DNA of 64,000 nucleotides from a virus. Shown piece after piece: positions 36,415 to 45,676 of this stretch. Under the pieces are notes generated by a model, which saw nothing but the letters and a program-made list of their open reading frames with translations, did not search any database and was not told the origin of the DNA. The DNA lies in the IMG/VR virus record IMGVR_UViG_3300027861_000022, positions 1,581-65,580 of that record; one strand, written 5' to 3'. A program made the translations under genes and the position numbers. Position 1 is the stretch's first letter. Each line of letters starts with the position of its first letter.

Positions 36415-37356
36415 TTAGTTATTTTTATACAATAACTCCGTTATTTTAGAAGAATAAGAGCAAGGATTGCAAATATAATTTTCAATAATTTCTTCCGGCG
36501 TCTCATAACGAAACTCAAAGCGGTCATCGCCGTGGTAAAAATTCTTAACATTTCTCCTCACCTCCCTTTCCACTGCCTCCACCTTTGGAGAATAGTAGCG
36601 ATAGATGTTTGGGTTATACATATCTTTCCCGTTTCTGGCGCCTTTAATCCCGGCGTCCTTCATCATTTGAGTTATTTTAAACTTGGCCATCGTGTCTGAA
36701 TAATCAAAATCATTTAGTTGAGCCTCGTCAAGATGCGATATTGCCACAAGGTCTTTTCTAACTCTTCCCGATGTTTGATTTCCAAATCTGTCCGAGGGGT
36801 AAAAAATGACTTCTTCAATGAAATTGTCTTCGGTCTGCAATAAATCATGATCGTGCTCCATACCAGAGCGAACGTGAAACCAGTCAATAACTCTGCACTT
36901 TCCAATTTTCTGTTCTTTTATCCCAGGAAGGCCGCGAATATCAACGTCATTAAAAATGATCAACTTTTCAAACTCGAACCTTCCAAGTCTGGAATTTTTG
37001 GTGATGGCCTTCAACATGTTCTCTTGGATGCTGATAGATTGTGTTTTATCAGACATCGGCAGGAGTCCTCCGAGAGACAAGGAAGCAACAAGCCTTTGCC
37101 AGATAGTCAGTCTGTTTTGGTCATCGCTTGATCCGAGGAATGAGAAGTCGTATTTGTCATCAAATACATCAAACTCAAAGGGAACATCGGGCTTAGAAAA
37201 AATACAAGGGCAATTGTTATAATAAGAGTAGAGAAGGGCACTCAGTCCCCCACCGATGACAATTTCTTGATACTTATACTCGTGCTTATCAAGCTTTTCC
37301 ACTCTTCTTTTCTCGCATCTTCTCTCGAATGGTCTTTTTTGGCTTTGGAGACTCAA
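36415..37356 (-). CDS. Rossmann-fold FAD/NAD-binding protein (start likely GTG near 37302)
   Basis: IVIGGGLSAL. Confidence 0.6.
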   Translation of the reverse strand: MSLQSQKRPFERRCEKRRVEKLDKHEYKYQEIVIGGGLSALLYSYYNNCPCIFSKPDVPFEFDVFDDKYDFSFLGSSDDQNRLTIWQRLVASLSLGGLLPMSDKTQSISIQENMLKAITKNSRLGRFEFEKLIIFNDVDIRGLPGIKEQKIGKCRVIDWFHVRSGMEHDHDLLQTEDNFIEEVIFYPSDRFGNQTSGRVRKDLVAISHLDEAQLNDFDYSDTMAKFKITQMMKDAGIKGARNGKDMYNPNIYRYYSPKVEAVEREVRRNVKNFYHGDDRFEFRYETPEEIIENYICNPCSYSSKITELLYKNN

Positions 37357-37435
37357 GCAAGACTTCCTTTTTTGAAGCTACTTCCTTGACTAGATCCTCA
37401 AGCAAATTCATAAATTGTTTATCTGTTAGTTTCAT
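37289..37435 (-). CDS. Small basic protein (48 aa, below ORF-track cutoff)
   Basis: Manual translation MKLTDKQFMNLLEDLVKEV... Confidence 0.45.
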   Translation of the reverse strand: MKLTDKQFMNLLEDLVKEVASKKEVLLESPKPKKTIREKMREKKSGKA

Positions 37436-37441
37436 TTCTGT

Positions 37442-37711
37442 TTATTCCTTTAACACGCCTACGACGTGGTTTTCTAATACTAAATAGACTTTACCTTCTC
37501 CAAAATCTACTTCTTCAATCATGTGCGCCAAGACAACAACGTCGAGGCCTGCTTTTAGATATGGCTGGGCATCAGACGATACTGACAATACCTTTACTCT
37601 CTCGTGTTTTTCTTGTTTCTTAAAATTATCTGGAAGAGCAATCAAGCTCTCCTCTTCCGGTTTTACGCCTCGTTCAATTAGCAAATGCCTGTTGCAAGGT
37701 TCAAAAATCAT
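37442..37711 (-). CDS. GroES-like co-chaperonin
   Basis: FEPCNRHLLI, IALPD mobile-loop equivalent, VKVLSV, GLDVV, YLVLENHVVGVL; 89 aa. Confidence 0.65.
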   Translation of the reverse strand: MIFEPCNRHLLIERGVKPEEESLIALPDNFKKQEKHERVKVLSVSSDAQPYLKAGLDVVVLAHMIEEVDFGEGKVYLVLENHVVGVLKE

Positions 37712-39951
37712 ATTTCCTCCAAATTTTGTGTGGCTCTCAAAGCATCTAAATATTCTGTTGGCATTTCACAAGCACCTCCGGCGCAGGCCGATTCGGCTTC
37801 AAAATTTACGTTGTCTTCACCTTCTAGCATTAAAGTCCAATCAACATCCTGATATTCTTGGGCTAATTTTTCCCACAACTTTAAGTTATAGACGTCTTTA
37901 AGACAGTAAGTCATTTTTCTAGCACTTCCCTCAAAGTGGCTATCAGCGAATTTAATGGCTGCCTTTGCCCACTCCTGTTTCACTGGCGATGCCTCGTGTA
38001 ATGGATCTCCGATTCCCAAAAGACAATCGCAAGCGGCCCAAAGGTCACCTCCGAAAGAGCCTAGGCCTCTCTCAATCACCCCAGAAGCAAAAAAAGAACC
38101 TGCGCCGTACTCTCGAAGAATATCACTGGGATAAGGAACTGCGCAGAATGGGGCTTGAGGGTAGTCTTTGTCGCCAGAGTTTGGAATCAAAGATATTCCT
38201 GCAAAGTATTTTCTATTTTTATAAATATAGTCTGTAATCTCATCCCACTCGTTCTCTCGAACGTGAATTGTATTTGAAACATTGTGGCTTAGCCATGGCT
38301 GGACACAGAGTTCTTTATTCGCGCCATAGCGAACCCAGTTCTGTTGTGTTAGTTTGACGCTCTCCAATAGCGATTGAGCATCAATTTGGTTTTTTGTCTT
38401 TGCTCCGACTGGAACTTCACATAAGAAGGTGATAACTTCAGTTACCCCATTCGGATCCCAGACTGACTGCTCAACCGCGCGAGGGTTTACCTTCTTAAAG
38501 TGTTGGACTGGATTTTCTTGTGTGTTGGCCTGAACACGTCGGAAGTATCTCTTTGCATGGTGAGGGTGAATGCCCGAAGCCGTGCCGAGAATGCAACTTG
38601 TTGAACCTGCAGGCTTGACGCAGGTTGTTCGCGCGGCTTGATTGATCCCGATAATGGAGGCCACTTCTTTATTTATATCTTTAACTATCTTTGCGCCGTC
38701 GCGTTGGATCTGTGGATCAAATAGGACTTCTGGATTGTCCATCATTCCCGTGATTGATACACCGAGCAGGGCTTCGCGCCTTGTGATCTTCTCGGTTGTT
38801 TCCCCCAAATAGGGAAAATCCGCATATGCAGACTGAAGTGTTCCTATGATCGCGGCTGCTCTACAAGCATTGTGGAAATTCTCTGGAGTATTCGCTTTCT
38901 TGCCGTTAATCTCGGTTAAATTGCAGAACTGCCAACCAGACTTGCCAGTCTCGATGTCAACAGGGTAAAGGCCAATCTCAACACAGGGGTTAAATCCCAT
39001 TTCTTTGCTGTCTGCCCAGACAAATCCGGGTTCTCCGAACTCTCTAACCCAACCCATCAATTCATTGAAGGTCTCTTTGGATGTTTCATCTCTGACGAGG
39101 AGGGCGCTGTTGTTTGAGCGGCCTCGCTGGGGGTTCTCGACGAACCAATTGCCTGTCTTCGCTGTTGCCATGGCCTTATCGTCCGGAGAGAAGAGGGCGA
39201 TCGTCGCAGATCGCCTGACTCCGCCAGAGATGACAGCATCGGCAGCGTGCATAATAATATCGTAAATATCAACGGCGCGGAGACGAACTCTGTTATTGTC
39301 TCCAAGTTGGGTTTCAAATACTTCGCGAATCTTCTCAATGGAGCGTCGGAGGCCATCGGGACCAGGGGCTTTTGAGCCAGAGCTTAGAGGAGAGCCAGCT
39401 ACTCGGATTTCAGAATAATCAAAATTAACTTTGAAACCAATATATTCATCAAACTCTGGGTTGCCACCAAAATAACTTGTAACTAAAACTCCGATAGCAT
39501 CAGCCCAGCCTTCGATTGTATCGGGAACAACAAATGTTTTTGGTCCCAGAATTCTGCTCGGGCGTGCTGCCAGGGGAAGTTGCTCAACGTGGTGAGTCTG
39601 AACTGAAAAGCCAATGCCACAGCCGCACAGGAGGAGATACATTAGCTCTTGGAACGCTCTCACTCGACTGAAGTGTCCAAACCCGCAATTATATACGCGA
39701 GCGTTGTGCTTAAAAATAGGATCGCCGCCAAACTGTAAAATCCTTTGGGAGCCGAGTACTTCTTTCCTCTGGACGGCTAACTCTGCTTCCTCAATCAGTG
39801 CCATCACTTCATCGTTGCCCTCAAACTTCTTCCTATGCATATCAAAAACGCGAGTGACCTGCTCTTTCCAAGTTTCTCGGCGGTTTAAGTCCGGTAAATA
39901 CTTTGCGTATTTGGCTATTCTGGTATATTCTTGTAGTGTGCTAATTGACAT
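37708..39951 (-). CDS. nrdJ: Class II (AdoCbl) ribonucleotide reductase, monomeric RTPR type
   Basis: RVYNC, GGVRRSA, NPCVEI, FCNLTEIN, TCVKPAGSTS, C-terminal CAGGAC. Confidence 0.9.
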   Translation of the reverse strand: MSISTLQEYTRIAKYAKYLPDLNRRETWKEQVTRVFDMHRKKFEGNDEVMALIEEAELAVQRKEVLGSQRILQFGGDPIFKHNARVYNCGFGHFSRVRAFQELMYLLLCGCGIGFSVQTHHVEQLPLAARPSRILGPKTFVVPDTIEGWADAIGVLVTSYFGGNPEFDEYIGFKVNFDYSEIRVAGSPLSSGSKAPGPDGLRRSIEKIREVFETQLGDNNRVRLRAVDIYDIIMHAADAVISGGVRRSATIALFSPDDKAMATAKTGNWFVENPQRGRSNNSALLVRDETSKETFNELMGWVREFGEPGFVWADSKEMGFNPCVEIGLYPVDIETGKSGWQFCNLTEINGKKANTPENFHNACRAAAIIGTLQSAYADFPYLGETTEKITRREALLGVSITGMMDNPEVLFDPQIQRDGAKIVKDINKEVASIIGINQAARTTCVKPAGSTSCILGTASGIHPHHAKRYFRRVQANTQENPVQHFKKVNPRAVEQSVWDPNGVTEVITFLCEVPVGAKTKNQIDAQSLLESVKLTQQNWVRYGANKELCVQPWLSHNVSNTIHVRENEWDEITDYIYKNRKYFAGISLIPNSGDKDYPQAPFCAVPYPSDILREYGAGSFFASGVIERGLGSFGGDLWAACDCLLGIGDPLHEASPVKQEWAKAAIKFADSHFEGSARKMTYCLKDVYNLKLWEKLAQEYQDVDWTLMLEGEDNVNFEAESACAGGACEMPTEYLDALRATQNLEEI

Positions 39952-41312
39952 TAATTATTTCCTCCCTTTTTTACTTTTTTATACAGTGTAACTAGCTTCT
40001 GAGCTTGTCTCTTCTTCGCTGATTTCTCAACTTCGCCGATTGTCTCGCCTGTTGAAGAGTGAATTTTAATCGTCACATTCCGAGTGTCCATGTGTATTGG
40101 ATAAATTATTCCATCAGGGCCGTTTCGGTTCTTCGCGACGAAGATGCGTCCAGAGTTGGACAGCTTATCTTCTACGGTTCTAGATATTGAAAATATAAAA
40201 TCCGCAACAAAACATTTATTAAAAGCTTCCGAAATTGACTCCATTGTAATAACTTCGGCGTTCAATCCAGACCGGTTCGTCTGTGATGCGGTCCAAACAC
40301 AACATTCGTGTTCTTGCGCCATCGCTCGTAGCTGTTCATAAATAGTCTCCAACTCATGTCTTTTCTCTCTTAAAGTTGAGATTGGCCGTAATAAATCTCC
40401 ATAGTCTACTACGATCATGTCTGGCTTAAAATCTCTGCTTGCCATTTTTTCAACATGGTTCTTTAAGGTTTGGCAACTAGCTGATTTGGTCGGATACTCC
40501 TTGACTATTAGCTTCCCCGCAACCATTTGAACCTTTTCGTAGATCTCTTCCTTGAACGCAGGCAAGTCGTTAAGGGGGACGTTGGTTATGCAACTATCAA
40601 ACCGGCTACCGACTACTGTATCGGATAGCTCAAGTGTGTAATAGATCACATTCTTACCGGCCGTGATCGCTGCGGAAGCGATATGGACGAGAGCCATAGA
40701 TTTTCCGGCGCCGGTTGGAGCGATGACGACTCCAAGCTCGCCTTTTCCCAGACCTTGGTGGGTTATGGAATCAATCTCATCCCAGCCTGTGGAGATTGGG
40801 TACCGCGACTTGAATTCAAACCTTTGTTCAAAGTCTTTTAAATAGTCGTGTCCGAAATTAGAATCGGACCCCAGTTTAAGAGCTTCGTTAATGACCTGAG
40901 AGATCTCATCGAAAGAGGAGTTCTTGAGGAGCTTTACTGATTTCAGCATTGCTTCCTTGAGCTTCTGTTTGCGACAAAAATCAAGAGCCGTTGCCGTTAT
41001 ATACTTGGAATCTTCTATCCTTGTCTTCGAGATCCTCGCAAAGAAATTTCTAAGCTGCTGCTGAACCGCCTCCGGCTCATTGCCTATCTCGGTCCTCAGA
41101 ATGGAGGTCATTATTTTCTCTGTCGGATGGACAGAAAACCTCTCTCGGTAATTTATCACCAGCTTTACAAAGGTCTGGAGATACTTCAACTCAAGAAAAT
41201 TTATATTTATAACCTCGAACATTTGATCTGCGAATGGTCGGTCGACCAAAATCAAATGACACAAAGTTTCTTGAAAATCTTTGCCGTATTGGCTAAAATC
41301 TTCTCTTGACAT
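39951..41312 (-). CDS. dnaB: Replicative helicase (DnaB/gp41-like)
   Basis: APTGAGKS, YTLE, VDYGDLL, WTASQTNR, KNRNG. Confidence 0.88.
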   Translation of the reverse strand: MSREDFSQYGKDFQETLCHLILVDRPFADQMFEVININFLELKYLQTFVKLVINYRERFSVHPTEKIMTSILRTEIGNEPEAVQQQLRNFFARISKTRIEDSKYITATALDFCRKQKLKEAMLKSVKLLKNSSFDEISQVINEALKLGSDSNFGHDYLKDFEQRFEFKSRYPISTGWDEIDSITHQGLGKGELGVVIAPTGAGKSMALVHIASAAITAGKNVIYYTLELSDTVVGSRFDSCITNVPLNDLPAFKEEIYEKVQMVAGKLIVKEYPTKSASCQTLKNHVEKMASRDFKPDMIVVDYGDLLRPISTLREKRHELETIYEQLRAMAQEHECCVWTASQTNRSGLNAEVITMESISEAFNKCFVADFIFSISRTVEDKLSNSGRIFVAKNRNGPDGIIYPIHMDTRNVTIKIHSSTGETIGEVEKSAKKRQAQKLVTLYKKVKKGGNN

Positions 41313-41360
41313 TGAACCCCCCCCCTGCTATTACTAATTTAACACATAAAGCGCGCTGTG

Positions 41361-42317
41361 TCAAGCATTATTTATCATTCTCTTGAAGGTGGTAAACAAA
41401 TCCGAGGTATCCCAGTTTCCAAAGCCATCTTCGGCCATGCGTTTAATTACCTCTGTCTTATTAAATTCTGGGTCAAAATTATCAATTGCGTACTTTACCC
41501 TGCTTTTGTCGTCCAAAGACATAGATGGGGAGTAGAGTTGCATGATTTTATAGTTCTCTTCTATCACATCTCTAGCCTCGCAGATCGAAGTAAACGCTCT
41601 CAACCCTGTATTATCATTTTCACAGAATTCTATGAGTGCAGGGATGGTCACCGACTTCGAGTCAGCAAAGAAAGTGAGTCTCTTCGCGATTGTTCCGAGG
41701 CCGACGCCCCTGACGCCTGGAAGATTATCGGATGTATCTCCGGCCATGGCGCGAGCAAGAGCGAAATTGGTTGGGTGAATCTTAAATTCTTCCAAAAGGC
41801 GCGGCTTGTTCATGAATTTCTTCTGGATCGGTCGGTATAAAACCGTCTCGTCGTCGCACAACTGGAAGAAGTCTTTATCGCTGGAGATTATAACTTTCTC
41901 CCAGCCCTTGTAGTGCGGGGCTTGAGACACATAAGAGATCACGTCGTCGGCTTCGACAGCGTCAACTGTCAGTTGGATCACGGGCATGAAGTTAAGCATC
42001 TCCATAAGGCGGTATTGTTGCCAGACCTTGTTCTTCGTCTCCTCATCTTTCGTGAGAACCCTGATGTCGCGATTTAGCCTGATTGGTTTTCGGCCAACTT
42101 TATAATTAGAGTTGATTGCCCGTCTTTTTAAAGAGCCTCCTGCTCCATCCCAAGCTATAACGATTTCATCGGGCTTCATCTCTCGGCACAACTTCTGTAA
42201 GATCCCAATGAAGCCCTTGTATCCCCCGATGGGATGGCCGTTCTTGGAGAGGCTGGGGTTAACGATATACGCCCTGAAGTATGCGTTCAGGGCGTCAATA
42301 ATCATTACTCTTTTCAT
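41361..42317 (-). CDS. 5'-3' exonuclease / RNase H (Pol I N-terminal-like)
   Basis: IDALN, AWDG, VEADDVI, SSDKDF, GDTSDNLPGV.GVG. Confidence 0.9.
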   Translation of the reverse strand: MKRVMIIDALNAYFRAYIVNPSLSKNGHPIGGYKGFIGILQKLCREMKPDEIVIAWDGAGGSLKRRAINSNYKVGRKPIRLNRDIRVLTKDEETKNKVWQQYRLMEMLNFMPVIQLTVDAVEADDVISYVSQAPHYKGWEKVIISSDKDFFQLCDDETVLYRPIQKKFMNKPRLLEEFKIHPTNFALARAMAGDTSDNLPGVRGVGLGTIAKRLTFFADSKSVTIPALIEFCENDNTGLRAFTSICEARDVIEENYKIMQLYSPSMSLDDKSRVKYAIDNFDPEFNKTEVIKRMAEDGFGNWDTSDLFTTFKRMINNA

Positions 42318-42323
42318 CTTATC

Positions 42324-43433
42324 TTACCCTTCACCTGGTTCGTAAAAGTCTTCTGCCTTTCCTTGCCGATTGTGAAATTTATAAATTATTTCTTCATCAA
42401 TGATTTGATAAACTCTTTGTCGGAACTTATCAATTTGCATTTTCTCTGCCCACTTTGATGCTTGAAACTTCTCAGTTGAGCCGTCCTCAAAAACCATAGT
42501 GAACCATGCACCTGCTTGAAGAATATTGTCAGAACCCTTTACGGCTTCAAACAAAGATTCGTCGTCCTGAATGCTTACCTTGTCTCCTCCCCACAGGATT
42601 TGGAAGTTACAACGGCGGCCTTGCGTTCCAAAGCGGGACTTCTCAAGCTTCACTTTAACTTCGGAGCCAATGCGGAATCCGTTTTCATCCAGAACGAAAC
42701 TTGCTTTTGCCTTGCGGCCAGTGAGCCAAATGCGGAGCGAGTATGCGTAGATCATCGCTTTACCGCCAGGAGTCACATAGGGCGTCGTCATTGCCTCGCT
42801 TGGTGAGCGCGTGATGTTTGTCTTCAACTGGTTCAAGACCAAGAAAGTTGATTTAGTGTTCGCGATGGATAGCGTCAGTTTTGACATTCCCTTCGCCAGA
42901 ATACGAGCTTTGACAGCCATAGAGGACTGTGGATTGAAGTCTCCTTCAACATCGGAGATTGCCGGCGTTAAAGCCAGAGAGTCCCAGATGAAGAGGATTT
43001 GGTTTTCCGAGCCAAGAAGTTCTTCAATCGTCTCCAGAACGAACTCGACAGAGGTTGCTTGAATATAAAGCAACTTGTCGAGATCGCATCCGGTGTTCTC
43101 AAGGAAGGTTGGGTCGATGGCGGACTCGGAGTCAAAATAAACGACGTCCATACCCATCTTCTGGGCGTTTGCAGCGACTTGGGCGGCCATATAGGACTTA
43201 CCTGTTGCCTCTAAGCCTGCGATTTCCGTGACCTTTCCTACAGGGATGCCAGATAACTGTCCGCGACATATAATCGAGTCAAGCCAGCGGGAGCCGGTAG
43301 GTATCCATTGAGTGACCTCTGTTGGGTTTGCTTCCTTGAGATTGTGGGCGACATTCATGCCCGCCTTCTTGTTGATAAGTTTTCGCATCTCTTCCATAGA
43401 GAGCTTGCCTGTTGACATTGATTTCCTTGCCAT
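42324..43433 (-). CDS. recA: RecA/UvsX recombinase
   Basis: IPTGS, GLEATGKS, FDSE, WDS, NQLK, TPGGKA. Confidence 0.9.
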   Translation of the reverse strand: MARKSMSTGKLSMEEMRKLINKKAGMNVAHNLKEANPTEVTQWIPTGSRWLDSIICRGQLSGIPVGKVTEIAGLEATGKSYMAAQVAANAQKMGMDVVYFDSESAIDPTFLENTGCDLDKLLYIQATSVEFVLETIEELLGSENQILFIWDSLALTPAISDVEGDFNPQSSMAVKARILAKGMSKLTLSIANTKSTFLVLNQLKTNITRSPSEAMTTPYVTPGGKAMIYAYSLRIWLTGRKAKASFVLDENGFRIGSEVKVKLEKSRFGTQGRRCNFQILWGGDKVSIQDDESLFEAVKGSDNILQAGAWFTMVFEDGSTEKFQASKWAEKMQIDKFRQRVYQIIDEEIIYKFHNRQGKAEDFYEPGEG

Positions 43434-43640
43434 TTATTTCCCCCTTTCTTCGCGTGCTTTGCGCATGAGGCGCCGGATGACGGCGCGGTCAAGGTTCTCC
43501 TGATGTCTCTTCTGTTGCTTGAAAATTCTTGCAGCTTTTGATTTTAGTTTGCTTTTCGCTGTCTTGCGGTTCAGGCGGATTGCTCGGCGATTTTGGTATT
43601 CTTTTGACATAGATATCTCTTGATTGAAAAATGGGGGCAC
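43434..43640 (-). CDS. Small very basic protein
   Basis: K/R-rich 68 aa. Confidence 0.5.
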   Translation of the reverse strand: MPPFFNQEISMSKEYQNRRAIRLNRKTAKSKLKSKAARIFKQQKRHQENLDRAVIRRLMRKAREERGK

Positions 43641-43677
43641 TTATTTTAAACCGCGTGCCCCAAACGGTTGGGGATTA

Positions 43678-44457
43678 CTAGTTTCCGGTCAGTTCATTGA
43701 AAGCGCTGACTACATCAAGAGTCTTGCTTGTCTTTGGAGGAGCCGTATAAGCACTCGTCTCTTCTTCTCCATTGTTAGACAATGACTCGATAAACCCGTC
43801 CAGTGCCGTCTGGACTTCTTCCTGCGTCTTTTTGGGGAAGAGATTATCAATATCAGGAATATTATCCATCAATCGAGTACACTCCTCATCTCCACCAATC
43901 GCTTCATCACAAAGCGGAGAGGTACGACGACGCGGGGTTAGGGTTGTTTTTGGAAATGCTGCCCCAGGCGGCTTCCCGTAGGTGAGTGTGAGGTCGGTTC
44001 CGTCATCAACGTCAGTGATATCACCATACTCGGGATTTAATACCAAATTAAGTAGAGAGGTATAAGCCTCTTTTCCATAGCCCCAGATTCGAATACCCTC
44101 TGCTTCCTCACCACGCGCCATTACGGGTGAAAAGAAGCGTTGTCGAGGTGACAAATCTTTCGCCAACTTCATAGTGTCTGGATCTTGAGTACTGTTGTAA
44201 TCTTTCCAGAGTTGGTCTTTAAAATCACAGATTGGGCAATCTTCCCCGTGATTCTTTTTCGGACAAAGAAGTCCTCCTCGCTGATCTGGTCCCAAGTTAT
44301 AATGGAACCAATAATCTTTGAAGGGGTCTCCGTCAGCAGTCGGGACGATTCGGATGATTTGAGTACCATCTTTCGGTCGCCAGAAGCTTCCTCCTGCTTT
44401 TCCGTTGTTTTTTACGCCTTCGAGTCGTGCTCGAATTTTTGTGATGTCTAATGCCAT
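43678..44457 (-). CDS. T4 gp32-like single-stranded DNA-binding protein
   Basis: FWRP, IRIVP, CP...GEDCPIC, IWGYGK, DITD..DGTDL. Confidence 0.85.
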   Translation of the reverse strand: MALDITKIRARLEGVKNNGKAGGSFWRPKDGTQIIRIVPTADGDPFKDYWFHYNLGPDQRGGLLCPKKNHGEDCPICDFKDQLWKDYNSTQDPDTMKLAKDLSPRQRFFSPVMARGEEAEGIRIWGYGKEAYTSLLNLVLNPEYGDITDVDDGTDLTLTYGKPPGAAFPKTTLTPRRRTSPLCDEAIGGDEECTRLMDNIPDIDNLFPKKTQEEVQTALDGFIESLSNNGEEETSAYTAPPKTSKTLDVVSAFNELTGN

Positions 44458-44570
44458 GTTTTTATTTATCCTATATTGTTTTTAGTTGTGCCATGTTGGC
44501 TAAAGTAAAGACGACAAATCTCTCGCCTTTCTATATATAATATAACCTTTTTTTGAATGCTTGTCAAGTA

Positions 44571-44840
44571 TTATTTTGATTTTTCTTCAAAGTTCTCGAG
44601 ACTTTCAATATTGAAAGTTTCAAGCTCTCCAACAATTGTATTCTTGTTAAAAACACGAAATCCTTGTCTGTCCAAATCCCAAACAAGGTTGCTTCCCTCG
44701 GTAAGATTCAATTTCTTGCCGGTGCCCTTTGTTTGAGAGGTGAAAAATCCTTCCGGAAGGTCTTGCAGGGCGACAAATTTCATCGTCCTCAAGGTTCCGT
44801 CTTTCTTCTTAAATGTTCCTGTATTTGCTTTCAATTTCAA
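44571..44840 (-). CDS. Sm/WYL-like beta-barrel protein
   Basis: FKKKDGTLRTM...VWDLD..GFR.FN. Confidence 0.6.
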   Translation of the reverse strand: MKLKANTGTFKKKDGTLRTMKFVALQDLPEGFFTSQTKGTGKKLNLTEGSNLVWDLDRQGFRVFNKNTIVGELETFNIESLENFEEKSK

Positions 44841-45676
44841 TTTACTTCCTGTATTTGGATGTTGGGGGTTCTTTCAATTATATAACCGAGGTCATAATCA
44901 TATTTGGACGAATATACAGCATAAGTTATGTTTAGGTCTTCTTGTGCTTTCGACTTTACTTGATTTTTTAGTTTCTTGAACAGTTCTTTGTCTGTTCTTA
45001 ACTTGTCCTCGCTTATACTATAAATATAACATGATTCGCGAGCATTGTCAAGGGAAAAGAACATCTTTTCTTCATTTTTTTCGGCGTCGAACATGCCAAT
45101 CGTCATTATGCGGTGAGCTTCCTTGGGTTTCTCTATTTTGCCAATTATTGGCTTTGTATTCTGGAATACATTCAACATGTGGAAGGTTGTTGCGAAAATT
45201 TCATTGAGTTTCTCGTGATATCCGATGATTGGGGCGCCGCCGAGGATGGTGTCAAGGTGTTCGTTGGAAACAATACAAATGTCATCAAAAACTGCAGAGC
45301 GAGCGTACTCTTGGAGCACCCCAAAGACAATTCTGTCTTGCATTTTTTGAACTTTGTTTAGCAATTCGTGATCCGGCTTGATATAAATGATTGAAATTGG
45401 AAGATGTTTGATTTCTTCGAGAACTCTAAGAGAGGCGCAGGATATTTTCCCAGAACCTCCGACAATGAAAAATGTTTTTCCTTCAACTCCTTTAAAGAAC
45501 TCGTCCAGCTTTGGAAAGTTATGGTTCTCATACTCTTCCGCTGTTCCGAGCTTAATTACATTATAGCACTTATCGCCAGAGATGTCAACATCTATTTTAA
45601 ATATTTTATATTGAGAATATTTCGAGAGTGCGTCTGCTATTCCGCAGCCGGCAGAGCCTAGACCAACAACGTTCAT
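44837..45676 (-). CDS. Divergent tubulin/FtsZ-family GTPase (PhuZ/TubZ-like)
   Basis: VVGLGSAGCGIA, GGSGKIS in place of GGGTGSG, IVSNE. Confidence 0.65.
   Translation of the reverse strand: MNVVGLGSAGCGIADALSKYSQYKIFKIDVDISGDKCYNVIKLGTAEEYENHNFPKLDEFFKGVEGKTFFIVGGSGKISCASLRVLEEIKHLPISIIYIKPDHELLNKVQKMQDRIVFGVLQEYARSAVFDDICIVSNEHLDTILGGAPIIGYHEKLNEIFATTFHMLNVFQNTKPIIGKIEKPKEAHRIMTIGMFDAEKNEEKMFFSLDNARESCYIYSISEDKLRTDKELFKKLKNQVKSKAQEDLNITYAVYSSKYDYDLGYIIERTPNIQIQEVN

Noticed and set aside
27892-43433. Inteins or introns in DnaE, NrdJ, helicase or RecA
   Set aside because: Lengths are typical and no C...HN splice motifs or LAGLIDADG inserts are seen.
43670-43680. Pseudoknot-stimulated readthrough of the SSB stop
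   Set aside because: TAG is immediately followed by a second in-frame stop, TAA.
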